From Camelus dromedarius (lineage: Eukaryota), in the NCBI RefSeq assembly GCF_036321535.1, contig NC_087437.1, positions 67,334,001 through 67,398,000 on the forward strand: a stretch of DNA of 64,000 bases, written 5' to 3'. The notes under the pieces were generated by a model. That model was not told the DNA's origin. It did not search any database and worked only from the letters and a program-made list of their open reading frames with translations. The position numbers were made by a program, and so were the translations under genes. Every line of letters starts with the position of its first letter. The first letter of the stretch is position 1. Positions 13,433 to 25,680 of this stretch are shown here, in pieces.

Positions 13433-15700
13433 AAAAATCAGCCCCCTTCATTTGCTGCTTAGTCCTTGATAAAGACTGTTTGGATTTATTTATTGAATCG
13501 TCTCCTTATGAGCCACTTCAGGGAAATATCCACACCATATCCAGTTCTGGCCTATTCTGGTCCTATGCAGGGGAGGAGAATGAGACAGAAATTTAGAGTC
13601 TCATTCAAACAAAATATTTAAGAAATTAGTCTTGCCTCCTTTCTTCCGAGGTACACGAGCATTTCAGTAGTGGCTTTGCCATAGTCCATTGGTTTATTTC
13701 AGGCAGAAACCAGGCTCCAGGAAGTTCAAGCGAGAGGCATGTTTCCTAGTGCACTTCAACTCACCTATTCTAACATGCATAAGGAATTGCTAAGGCTGAC
13801 TCTTAATATATTCTTTTAATTAATAGAAAGTGGAAACAATCTAACATCACGATTTAAATGATGTTTTATTGAATTAATTTCTCCTGTAGGGATTCTCTGA
13901 CAGATGAAACAAAGCTGGCTGAGCAGCAGCCTTATTCTAAAACCTTTCAAGTCAGGCACTCACAAAACCTGGAAAAGGAAACCGATCGACAAATTACATC
14001 CAAAGTTCCAATCTCCTTTGTTTGTTCAGGTCATTCAGGATATCATTATCACGTTAATGGAATTTTCTTATTTCTATTTGCAGATCCTTTTGTGTGCACA
14101 TTGTAATCTGATTTGAAATGAAGGGGGGAAGAAACCCTCCTTCATTTTCATCTTTTCTGAAAGCTTAGCTCACGTGCTAGAGGTGTTGAGCCAACAGATT
14201 TATTGGCTATCATCAAAGAGATGCCCTTTGCTTTTTCCTTTCTCCTGCCTCTAACTCTCTGACTTCCATTTCTTTAATTCATTTGTCTGTTGATTGTAAC
14301 TTATCCATGTTCTGGTGTGAGTTCAGCCCAGAAGACCCTACAGGTCCCTGTAGTCAAAGTAAGGTCATGAAAGCTAAACCTAGTTGCAGAATATTTGGGG
14401 ATAACTCAGGCAAAAAAAAAATCTTTAATTTTAACTGTATTTAAGTGTGTGCCTTCTCACTCCATCAAAGTAGTTAAATTGACTGTAAGTGTAGTCCCAG
14501 GTTCACTGCAAAAGAACTTAATTCTTCATTTGATTTTACTGAGAGAGAGAACATTTTTACAGTGTTGTGATTCAGGGATGATTATTTCATCTGCAAATGG
14601 TGTGTTTTAAGCAGTAAACAAATATTATTTTCCAGACCCCAGAGATAAGTTTAGGCAAGGCTCAAATCATCTGGTGCTAAATTTGGAGCCCAATTTCAAA
14701 CAGGTTGGCTGTGTTTCTTTATGGTGTGATATGACTATGTCAGGCGGTAGAAATTTTATCCCATGCTATCAATGATAAGAGGGAGCAGCAGCCTTAACAA
14801 GAGTTGATCAAAGGTCCCAATCAAGTCCCGTGTCTGCAGGCTTGGAAAATTACAGCTCATCTAACAGATGTTATAGAAAATCTTTTCATTTCTATGAATT
14901 TCACTAAATCAGAGAATTTCCTTGCTACTTTATTTGGTTTCCTTCCTCCCATAAGTAATTACTTTATATTTTAAGTGACAGAATCACTTTAATTTTGCAT
15001 TTTTTCATCTTTATATAGACCTTGGCAAAGATTAATCTGTCCAGAATATTCTGGGACTCGGCGCCAGTGTTTCAGGATTGTAAATGGGATACAGCAGGCA
15101 GCTTGCCTTTCTCCTGCCTTCTAGGTTTATTTGAATGTAAATTATGTAATAAAAGAGTGTTCCTTTGCACCTCGTCGGTCCTTACTAAAGACAGAGAGGA
15201 CTAAGCTCTGAGTTGCTGCCCGTTCACCAATAAACTCACCGCTGCCCTGTTGGGGCTTAGGAAACGCAGGTGCTGTGAGGAAAAAAGGGGCAGAATTCAT
15301 CCCTGGCCACTTCCTCCTCATGTCCGTTTTCTTGGTCTCCTCTTGTCTCTCCTCCCATAGCTTGCAGTCTTTTTCTTCCTCTCATTCTTACTTGATCCCT
15401 CTTTGCTTTTCCTTTTTCAAAACCAGATGGGGTTTTTTTTTTTTTTGTATACTTTTCTTTTCCCTTTGGGTTAGTGTCTCTTTTCTTTGGGCCCAACTTC
15501 CATTGCCCCTCCTCCAGTTTGTTTACTCCTTTCTCTTAAAGAGGAACAGAGACACTCCTACTATTGTGGTCTGGGGTGAACTGGATTCATTTTAAGACTG
15601 AAGTTAAAATCAACTCCCATGCTCCACCCCTCCCCAACAAGTAGATGGATCTGCTACCATTTGACTGGTCTGTTTCCTTTGTCTGTGCACACAAACTAAG

Positions 15701-15701
<1 letters not shown>

Positions 15702-15733
<32 letters not shown>
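15702..15733. repeat. (TG)n microsatellite
   Basis: Directly visible. Confidence 0.95.
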
Positions 15734-15735
<2 letters not shown>

Positions 15736-16399
15736 GGGGGAATAGGAAGCAAAGAGGGAATGTAGCATGAGGTTGATGACACCATCTCCTTAGGGGCACC
15801 AAATAAATGGGTCAGAGTCTGCGAGGTAGTTACTGGACATAGTCTAATGCGTTTATTTTGCTCTTGGGGTAAATGGCAAGAAGACCCTTCATCCTCTTCT
15901 CTGAACCTTCTCTGCTTTCCATTTTAATGCATTTTATTGCTCCTAACCCAGCCACTGAGATGCTTCTCTTAAAAGCATGGGCTGAGCCTTTAGGTGATGC
16001 CCCAGCTTATACACTTTGAAAGATGCTAGAAGCAGAGAGGGCTGGGTGAACTACCCTCCTTGGACATCACACTTAATGCCTTCATGACCCTGAGGTGCTT
16101 TTTGCTTTTGGGAAATGGCCCAACCCTGCAGGGACCCATCACTTTTCTTCCCTTTTCAACTGACACCTCAGTCTCTCTTTTACTTACACATAGTTTCACT
16201 CTATGTCCTTACAGAATTTTAGAATTCAAAGGTAAAAACAGAGATAATTTAGAACTTCACTTTAGAGCTGAGGATATTGACTTATATAAAGGTGAAGCAA
16301 TTTATTTATTTAAGATTTCACTCAGGAAATTGGTAGTAATTACAGAGACTATATTTTCCATCTAATATTGAGACTCATAATCTGACAATAACAATCATA

Positions 16400-16625
16400 A
16401 TAACAGCAACATAGACAGCAACAACAGTTGTTAATTGATTATTTATGTTGCCAGGCATTGTACAAGGTACCTGACACCTTATTTGATCCTCCTAGCAACC
16501 TTCTATGTGGTGGGCTATTATTTTTTCATCTGAAGTTTTTAGGTAATGAAGGCTTAGACAGAAATCCTTTGTAAATAACAATAGGGCAAAACTAAGTTAT
16601 AACTGTCTCTCTGATTCCAAAACAC
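16400..16625 (-). mobile_element. MIR SINE
   Basis: TGCCAGGCATTGTAC...ATTTGATCCTCCTAGCAACCTT...GAAGGCTTAGACAGA. Confidence 0.6.
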
Positions 16626-16635
16626 GTACCCTACA

Positions 16636-16850
16636 CAGTGGGGTACTAGAACCATCGTGTTCCTTTGGTTCATGGGAGCTGACTTTTAGCATCTCTTCCA
16701 AAATCGGTGTTCAGTGACATCATGTTAGTAGCTTGAAATCAGTCATGATAAAGTATTTACATCCGAGAAATTGGCAAAGACTACAGACCAGAACATGGCT
16801 TTTAATTGCTGGAGAGCTTAGAGTTGTTACCATTTACCAACATACCACCA
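16636..16850 (+). mobile_element. MER63-like hAT MITE
   Basis: CAGTGG start, TTCAGTGACATCATGTTAGTAGCTTGAAATC, AGTATTTACA...GAAATTGGCAAA, end CATTTACCAACATACCACCA; a second copy lies at 43386. Confidence 0.75.
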
Positions 16851-19211
16851 CCTATATATATTTTTATAATATTGTCCTTTTTACAATGGAATGAAATTTT
16901 TAAACATCACAACTCTCGTAGAAGATCTGTTTCATCTGATCACTATCGTGATGGTGGAAAAGCCTAAAGTAGAATTCAGATGTCTACGCATTCCTGACCT
17001 AGTGCTATTTTTGTCATCTGTTACTGGAATTTATTTTCTGGTGTAATCTTAAATCCACCAGCTGTGTGTCAGACAAGGAGCATTTGGTTGAAGGAACAGA
17101 AATCCATTCAGTACAATGTAAGCTGATAAGAGAAAATACAAATATATGAAGATCCAGGGGCCCTGGGGACATTCATCCCACAGAGCCCCACTGCAGGAAA
17201 TGTAGCCTCCTGATGGGGTAGAAAGGCAGCCGTGAGCACCTGGCCTCATTATGTCAGAACTCCATGGGCTCATGCCATTGCACGTCTCTCTGTGCCCGTG
17301 TCTGTGGACCAGCCTTTTCTGCTTTGGTGTGTCGTAGCCAATGCCCTGACTCATCTGGATTCTCATTCCCAGCAGGCACAACTAGACTCAGTGTTTTGGA
17401 CTCCATTTCCTGTTTTCCAGGAGAGAAGCACTTCCCAGTCCCACATGGGTCAGTTGTGTAATCAACGTGGGCAGGTGAAAAGAGAACATATTAGCAGGAA
17501 GGCTGTGGAAAGGGAGGCTTCTCTAAGGAGAGAAGACAAGAGTACAGAGGAGAAGATCCTCATCTGTAGTACAAAGACTTGGGATGGGGAGGGGACAAAA
17601 TAAAGAGGAAGAAAGACTAGATCATAAGCAATCTGAGGAGAGAATCTGGGTTTTAATCATTTCTAAATATCTGATAGGTTACCTTATATTTGGCATTTAA
17701 TAGGATATAAGAGTTGAGAGGGAAGAAGTGGCATTAGAGGACAAGGATAAACTTCTCCCAACTGTTAAAAAATAACAACAGCAAAAAAATCTTTCAGTAA
17801 GAGAAATGAGGACTAGGAAATATTCTATAAACAAAACCATCTTGTTGGCCAGTATGGATCATTCCCAAAGAGATCTCCATGGATCCATGTTGGCCATCAA
17901 AGGGCTTATGATGTCATTTCCAACATCCCAGTGTGACCTGCCCCTGGGAGTCCAGTTCAGCATCAAACATCTCTATTTTCAGAGTCCCTCCCACACTGCT
18001 TTACCCCCATACAAGGTTATGACTAAAAGCAGAACCAGTCTAAAAATAATCATTTTGTGAAATTATATGCAAATAGAAGAAATCATTCTCAAATTAAGGA
18101 AAATGACCGTGTTTTTCATAGTCAATCTTTAGAAAACAGCTTTTAAAATAAGTGCTGTACCATTCTTAACTTTTTTTGTGGTTAATGAGGAGCAAAATAT
18201 GTGCCCTCAGGATCAGGAGCTCCAGAGTTCAAATGATCAATGCAATTGGAAAAACTTCTTAGCCTGCATATTGGACTTAAAATTGCATAAGAAAGGATTT
18301 TATTTGTGCTGTTAGAACGTTACTGCCTAAAGCCTTCACTTGTCCTGGAAAGTATTGTTAAGATTAACAATAATTGCACAAAAGCCAATCTAAATTTTTC
18401 ATGATCAGGAAGAGTGATGGTTTAGGCTGAGGGTTTGAATTTATTTTATCCTCTTTCAGTGTCTGAATTTATTATTAATACTTTCTCTTTGAAATGCTCT
18501 AAGTATAATACAATCAACTGTTAATTTGGGGAGAGCTGATTATCCACATTGAGATTTACTCACAGCACATCTTGCTTTTAACTTCCATGTAACATAACTT
18601 TTTCTGCTCAAGCAACTCCTCTAGTGACATTATCACCATCTCACTAAGTTTATTCTTACATGGAATTGCAGCCTGCCAGGAACTGGGGGAGGTACGTCTG
18701 GTTGACTTGTTTTAAGATAAAATAAAACAATCAATTGCTCTTGTCTTTCTAATTTCTCTTTCTCTTTGTCTTCCTCTTTTCCCCACCTTTTCCTGGCCAG
18801 GTGCGAGACAGATGGTTATGCAGCAGAGAATAAATAAGGGCCCCTGTAATCCAGCTGGTGCTTTTCTTCTGTGGCACCTGTGGTGTTGCATTTACCCAGC
18901 TACCAACGGGAATATAGGAGAACCATGTGGCAGGGATGGGAGAGGACATACACTGCGCTGATTTTTTTTTCTCAGGATGAACCAGAATAACTATGCAAAT
19001 TGTTAAAGTAGTGAAATACTTGAGTGGTTGTTGATAAATAGTCATTGGTTTGAGTCCTTTAACACTTAACTGCACCCCTCATCTACTACTCTGGCTTCTG
19101 GTGTTCCGACTCTGGGCAGGATCTCCAGGACTTCCACAACCTATAGCATTGATACCTGACACAGAAAGGGGTCTTAGGACTTCTTTTATTGCTTTTTAAA
19201 ACCACTCTTTC

Positions 19212-19254
<43 letters not shown>

Positions 19255-19307
19255 TGTATTTATGTATTTATGTATTTATGTATTTATGTATTTATGTATT
19301 TATGTAT

Positions 19308-19370
<63 letters not shown>

Positions 19371-19373
19371 TTT
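19212..19373. repeat. (TTTA)n microsatellite with an internal (TTTATGTA)n block
   Basis: Directly visible. Confidence 0.95.
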
Positions 19374-19569
19374 GTCTTTATTCCTATGTGCAGCCCACCC
19401 TGGTCCAGAAAAGTGGTCAGAAGTGTAACTCCAGTAATATGCATGGTTGTTCTAGTAGTAAGTCCAATTCATCTTTTTTCAGGCGCTAAACTTGGCTGGG
19501 GGTTAGTAAAATATCTCTGCCAAACCCTGTCCAGATCATCTCCTTGTGCTTTCATTTTGACTTGGTCAC

Positions 19570-20093
19570 TATTTCAGTGAAGGTGCTTTGCATTGCCAGT
19601 GACAGAATGCCAAATTCAAACTGAACTGCTTCACATAATTAAATACCTATAAGGAAAGGATAAGGTGTGCCTTGATCCAGGGTTCACATGATGTCACCAG
19701 GACTTAGAGTCTTTTTCCTTTTTTGGCCTTATTTCCTCAAGCCTGGCTTTGTACTAAGACCTTACCTGTTCTCAGGTTCACTACAACAGCTGTCTTGGTC
19801 ATCTCCAGGGAGAAAGAGACCAGGAACATTCCTCCAGTGTTCTCAAATGAACATCGTAGAATTAGCTGAGTCTTTTTAGCCTTCATTGACTTGACCATCC
19901 CTGAGCTAATCACTGTAGCTAGGGGAATGGAGTGTGCCGATTGGCTTAACCTGGGTCACATGCTCCACTCCAGTATCTGAGGTTGAAGTTGCTTCACAGC
20001 TGACAGGAGACAGGGAGGGTTGATCCTCAAATCAAGGGGGTTCTCACTTGGTATCACTTGAGGGGGGTAGATGCTGACAGGAATATGTCCTAC
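19570..20093 (-). mobile_element. Old MaLR LTR (MLT1K/L-like)
   Basis: TTGCCAGTGACAGAA, TTGATCCAGGGTTCACATGATGTCACCAGG, AATCACTGTAGCTAGGGGAATGG...GATTGGCTTAACCTGGGTCACATG. Confidence 0.75.
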
Positions 20094-21009
20094 AGTTAAG
20101 TTATTAATTCTCCTCTTTATTCCATATTATTTGTATCCTGTATCCAAATGGACAGCTAATTTTACTCTAACCGTTGAGAATTTTCAGTCTCTCATGACCA
20201 CTCAGAATTTAGACCTTACCTGCAAAACTTCATAAACTGTTCCTGTGTTAATTTGCTACTATGCATTTGGCCCAATGGCAGACGGTGAGGGAGCTGAACT
20301 CTAAGCCGTGTGGGGCAGAGAGCTCAGCTGTCTTCTTCTCTGCTTTGTCCTAAGGACCTAGTAGGTGCTGAATAAATATTTATTGGCAAAAATAGAAGTT
20401 TCCTCTCCTTCGGTGCATTTTCTGCAAGAGATGTGCCTCTTGTTACCCTGCAGTGCTGCTGCTTCCTATGTCCTCTGTTTCTCGGCTGCACTGGGAGGTG
20501 GTGATAGGATGAGTTTTAGAAACAACTTTGAGATTTAGTAGGAAGAACCCACTTCAGAAAGGAAGGCTTGAAAAAAATGCTCTCTTTATGAGGAAATCAC
20601 CAACCCTTTCAGTTCCTGCTTCTCAAATGTAACAGATATTCCTCCTTGTTGTAGTTCCTCTGGGGTCACTGTTTACCTGTTCCTGCTCAGTGACTGTGAG
20701 CTCCTATCACCTGGGCCCTCAGATCTATTTGTGGAAAGGATAGCTTTGTAGTGGCACTGATGGTTTCCTGGGCTTGAGGGCAGGAAGCAAATGGAACATT
20801 GTGCTCCTGCACCTACCGTCAGTAAATACCACTGTTTATATACAGGGTTTTCATGTGTCAGTCTTACTGTTTTATATGATTTTCTTCCATGTGGGACAAC
20901 AAAGGAATTCTGGAGGAGGCTTGTGGTTTTCATCCCATAGGCTGAGAATTCATAGAGGTTTCCTTGATTTCTGATTGTGTAGCTTCACAGTTGTCAACCT
21001 CAAAATGAA

Positions 21010-21023
21010 CCACCAGGTGGCAA
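21010..21023 (+). promoter_or_regulatory. CTCF core motif match
   Basis: CCACCAGGTGGCAA matches the core CCASYAGRKGGCR. Confidence 0.5.
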
Positions 21024-21032
21024 ATTCCAAGG

Positions 21033-21440
<408 letters not shown>

Positions 21441-23607
21441 GACATCTGCTAATCCAAAACTGCTAATTTATCCCTTCTCTGCCGTCTTTCCCCTTTGGTA
21501 ACCATAAGTTTGTTTTCTATGTCAGTGAGTCTGTTTGTGTTTCATAAACAAGTTTATTTGTGTCATATTTTGGATTCCACATATGAGTGTTATCATATGG
21601 TATTTGTCTTTCTCTTTGTGACTTACTTCACATAGTAGGATAATCTCTAACTCCATCCATGTTGCTGCAAATGACATTATTTCATTCTTTTTATGGCTGA
21701 GTAGTATTCCATTGTGTGTATATATATACAAATATATATACCACATCTTTTTCCATTCATCTGTTGATGGACATTTAGGTTGGTTCCATGTCTTGGCTGT
21801 TATAAAATAGTGCTGCTGTGAATATTGGGATGCATGCATCTTTTTGAATTACAGTTTTCTCAAGATATATGCCCAGGAGTGGTATTGCTGGATCATATGG
21901 CAACTCTATTTTCTTTTTTCAAGGAACCTCCATACTGTTTTCCATAGTAGCTGCACCAATTTACATTCCCACCAATACTGTAGGAGAGTTTCCTTTTCTC
22001 CACACCCTCTCCGGCATTTGTTATTTGTAGACTTTTTAATGATGGCCATTCTGAGCAGCGTGAGGTGGTAACTCACTATAGTTTTGATTTGCATTTCTCT
22101 GTTAATTAGCAATGTTGAACATCTGTTCATGTGCCTGTTGGCCATCTGTATGTCTTCTTTGGAGAAATGTCTATTTAGGACTTCTGCCCATTTTTTGATT
22201 GGGTTGTTTGTTTTTTTGTTACTGAGTTGTATGAGCTGTTTGTATATTTTGGTAATTAAGCCCTTGTTGGTTGCATTATTTGCAAGTATTTTCTCCCAGT
22301 CGATATGTTATCTTTCCATTTTGTTTATGGTTTCATTTGCTATGCAAAAGCTTGTAAGTTTGGTTAGGTCCCATTGTTTAATTTTGCTTCAGTTTCTATT
22401 CCCTTGGGAGACTGACCTAAGAAAACATTGGTACAATTTATGTCCGAGATTGTTTTGCCTGTGTTCTCTTCTAGGAGTTTTATGGTACCACATCTTATAT
22501 TTAAGTCTTTAAAACATTTTGAGTTTATTTTTATGTATGGTGTGAGGGTGGTTTCTAACTTCATTGATTTATACACAGCTGTCCGGCTTTCCCAACACCA
22601 CCTGCTGAAGAGATTGTCTTTTCTCCATTGTATATTCTGCCTCCTTCTTTGAAGATTAATTGAGTAGGTGTGTGAGTTTATTTTTAGGCTCTCTATTCTG
22701 TTCTATTGATCCATTTGTCTGTTTTTGTGCCAGTACTACAGTATTTTGATTACTGTGGCTTAGTAGTATTGTCTGAAGTCTGGGCATAGCCCTGTGCCTT
22801 CAGTTTTGTTCTATTTCTTCAGTGGTGCTTTGGCAATTCTGGGTCTTTTGTGGTTCCATATAAATTTTAGGATTATTTGTTCCATACGTAATTTGAAAGA
22901 GATCATATTAAATCTGTAGATTGGTTTGGGTAATATGGCCATTTTAACAGTATTAATTCTTTTAAACCAAGAACATGGGATATCTTTCCATTTCTTGGAA
23001 TCTTCTTCAATTTCTTTTATCAGTGTTTTATAGTTCTCAGTGTTTAAATCTTTCACCCGCTTGGTCAGGTTTATTCGTAAGTATTTTATTTTTTTGATAC
23101 AATTAAAATTTTTTTTTTACTTTTCCCTTCTGATATTTCATTGTTAGTGTAAAGGAATATAACAGATTTCTTTATGTTAATCTTGCATAATTTATCAGTT
23201 CTAGTAGTTTTCGTGTGGAGTCTTTAGGATTTTCTATATAAAGTATCATGGTCATCTACATATAGTGACAATTTTACTTTATCTCTTCCAATTTGGATCC
23301 CTTTTGTTTCTTTTTCTTGTCTGATTGCTGTGGCTAGGACTTCCAATACTGAGTTAAATAAAAGTGATAAGAGTGGGCATCCTTGTCTTGTTTCGGATTT
23401 TAGCAGGAAGACTTTCAGTTTTTCACCATTGAGTATTATGGTGGCTCTGGGTTTGTCATAAATAGCTTTTATTATGTTGAGATATGTTCCCTCTATATTC
23501 ACTTTGGAAAGAGTTTTTGTCATGAATGAGTGTTGAATTTTATCAAATGCTTTTTCTGCCTCTGTTGAGATGGTCATGTGGTTTCTATCTTTTCTTTTAT
23601 TGATGTG
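21441..23607 (-). mobile_element. 5'-truncated LINE-1 (ORF2 RT to C-terminus, partial 3' UTR), degenerate
   Basis: Minus-strand ORFs 23224-23658 ([10 protein letters not shown]...RQGCPL...LYVDD, RT), 22811-23056, 22364-22576 and 21906-22145 are broken L1 ORF2p pieces. Confidence 0.96.
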
Positions 23608-23659
23608 AGATCTCTTTTCTTGATGAGCAGCATCCCCTACCTGCACATGACACATCAAA

Positions 23660-23865
23660 AATCACTGCATTAGGTCCTTTGGTCTTTATAACAGCCTTGT
23701 GAGGTAGCCAGGGGCAGGGATGTTATGCTCACTTTACCAATAAGTAAACTGAAATTCAGGTAGAAGTTACATAATTTGCTGGGGCTCCACGGTTACAGGT
23801 GTAACCAGAACTAGATCCAACTCAGTTTTCTAGACTTCTAACCTAGTGGCTTTTCCATGGCATCA
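23660..23865 (-). mobile_element. MIR SINE
   Basis: AACAGCCTTGTGAGGTAG...AAGTAAACTGAAATTCAG...AAGTTACATAATTTGC. Confidence 0.7.
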
Positions 23866-24389
23866 AACTTGGGTGTCTTATTTCTAGAGTTGATCCTAAG
23901 CTCTTGAAAGAAAGGGCCTATTGATATTCACTCTGTAGCCCTGATGGCATCACACTTCGGTGTCTATGCATCTGTACTGAGTTTCAGCTGCCAAACTGGC
24001 AATGAAGCAGCAAAAAGTTTCACCAGGAGGTTCTGTTTTGCTTAGTCCTAGAGAACACCTACTCATGGTTTCTCCATCTTGCCCACCTGCATTTCAAACC
24101 TGTGCCCTGATCATCTTCCATGCTGGTCCATAAGTGCTGTGCTCTTCCTCTCTCTGTGTGACTTTTAGGCCTGCTCCTTCTATTGTCTGAGGCCAGTTTA
24201 AATGAGAGAGGTATGTGGCAATGTATTCTTCTACCTTCCGGCCTAATGGGATGCCCAGCTTATTCATATCCAGGGAGACAAGTTGATTCATTTATTTTTA
24301 AATTATTTACCTTATGTGCAAGTATTTAAAAAATACATTACTGAAAATTTTAAAGTTGCCTTTCTTTTTCCTTATACATATTTATCAGA

Positions 24390-24960
24390 GTTGTAATAAG
24401 CATGCATGCATGTTTGTATGAGACATTTTACATTTATTTTCTAAGCATTTTTATACATTTCTACACTGTTAACATTGAGCACCTACTATATGCTAGGTGC
24501 TAACTGAGACTGTTTTTAATGGTCTGTTCAGTCATTTGACTATGATTTACTCAACCATTTATTATCTATAGATGTACATTTCCCCTCAATGTTTCCACTA
24601 TTATAAATAGAAGCGCATTGAGTATGTTTGAGTGTAAAGCTTTTTCTACATTTTTCTTAGGATTAATTTCAGTAAGTGTAATTACTGGGTCAAAGAGCAT
24701 GAATATTTTTATGGTCATTCGTACTTATTGCTAAATTGCATTCCAGAAAGGCTGTTTAAATTTACAATACTATCAGTATTGTAGGACAATGTCAGTTTCA
24801 CAGGGTCCCCATTAGCATCTGATTTTATCATTTGAAAAATGCTAAGAGGCCTAAAAAGGGTATTGTGATTCTTTTTTTTATACTTGCATTTTGTTGCTTA
24901 AATTGAGAAGGGTAAACATTTTTGCAAATTGTGTTTTCTAGTTTTATTTGTGAACTTTTT
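24390..24960 (-). mobile_element. Ancient L1ME-like 3' fragment
   Basis: AATTACTGGGTCAAAGAGCATGAATATTTT...TTGCTAAATTGCATTCCAGAAAGG. Confidence 0.7.
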
Positions 24961-25661
24961 CTTTTGAGACAGTGGATTTATAAACTGTGTCACTGCAGGT
25001 TAAATAACTGCAGCAGCCAAGCTCTTGAAGGTGACAAGCCCCCCATGTTACAGTGTTGGTTCCTTCCCTGTCCTTCCCCTGTTGCAGGCTAATAGGACAG
25101 TGGCATTTGTTACATCTATTTCCAGAAAGATGTTAATGGTCTCCTCTCCTTCTGCTTTGCCAGAGCAGCTGTGAAGGAGCCAGGAAGCCAGCATGCAGGA
25201 ACTGCCGCAGGAAAAAAACCCACAGTGGCAGGAAATTACCCTAATAGGGTGAAAATTAAGAAACGACTCTTGGCACAGCCTGTTTCCAGGATACGGTGGT
25301 ACTTTCACGCCTTAGCAATTATTCTCTTAGAATCAATTTGGTGGTTCTTTAAAAAAAAAAATTAGATTTGAACCTAAAGGGGGTTAAAGAGAAAAGGATA
25401 AAAGCTTGGAAAATATTTAATTTTTTAAAATAAAGAAATTATTCTTATCTACCCCATAAAGTAGGTAAGGCAGCTCTTTGAAACTTTTTCTTGGTCTTTC
25501 TTATTTTGTACAAAATCGAGTCATCTCATTTTAGGTTATATATTTTAGAGCTCAGGTAGATAGTAGGCAGCTGCAGAAGGAAAAGACTAAAGCCTTTTTA
25601 ATTCTTTATTTGCAGAAAATCTATCAGAGATGTGAAGCCACTCATTGGCAGTACTGTTTGG

Positions 25662-25680
25662 TAGCCCACAAGGTGGCAGT
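25662..25680 (+). promoter_or_regulatory. CTCF core motif match
   Basis: GCCCACAAGGTGGCAGT in unique sequence, with GCAGTAC upstream at 25648-25654. Confidence 0.55.

Noticed and set aside
19189..19580. ORFs with YLFI repeats resembling membrane proteins
   Set aside because: Translations of (TTTA)n
21522..23658. RT-containing ORFs as an active retroelement or novel RT system
   Set aside because: Ordinary L1 ORF2p fragments, 5'-truncated and broken by stops and frameshifts; the same applies at 5543-6256, 12443-12819 and 61517-63709
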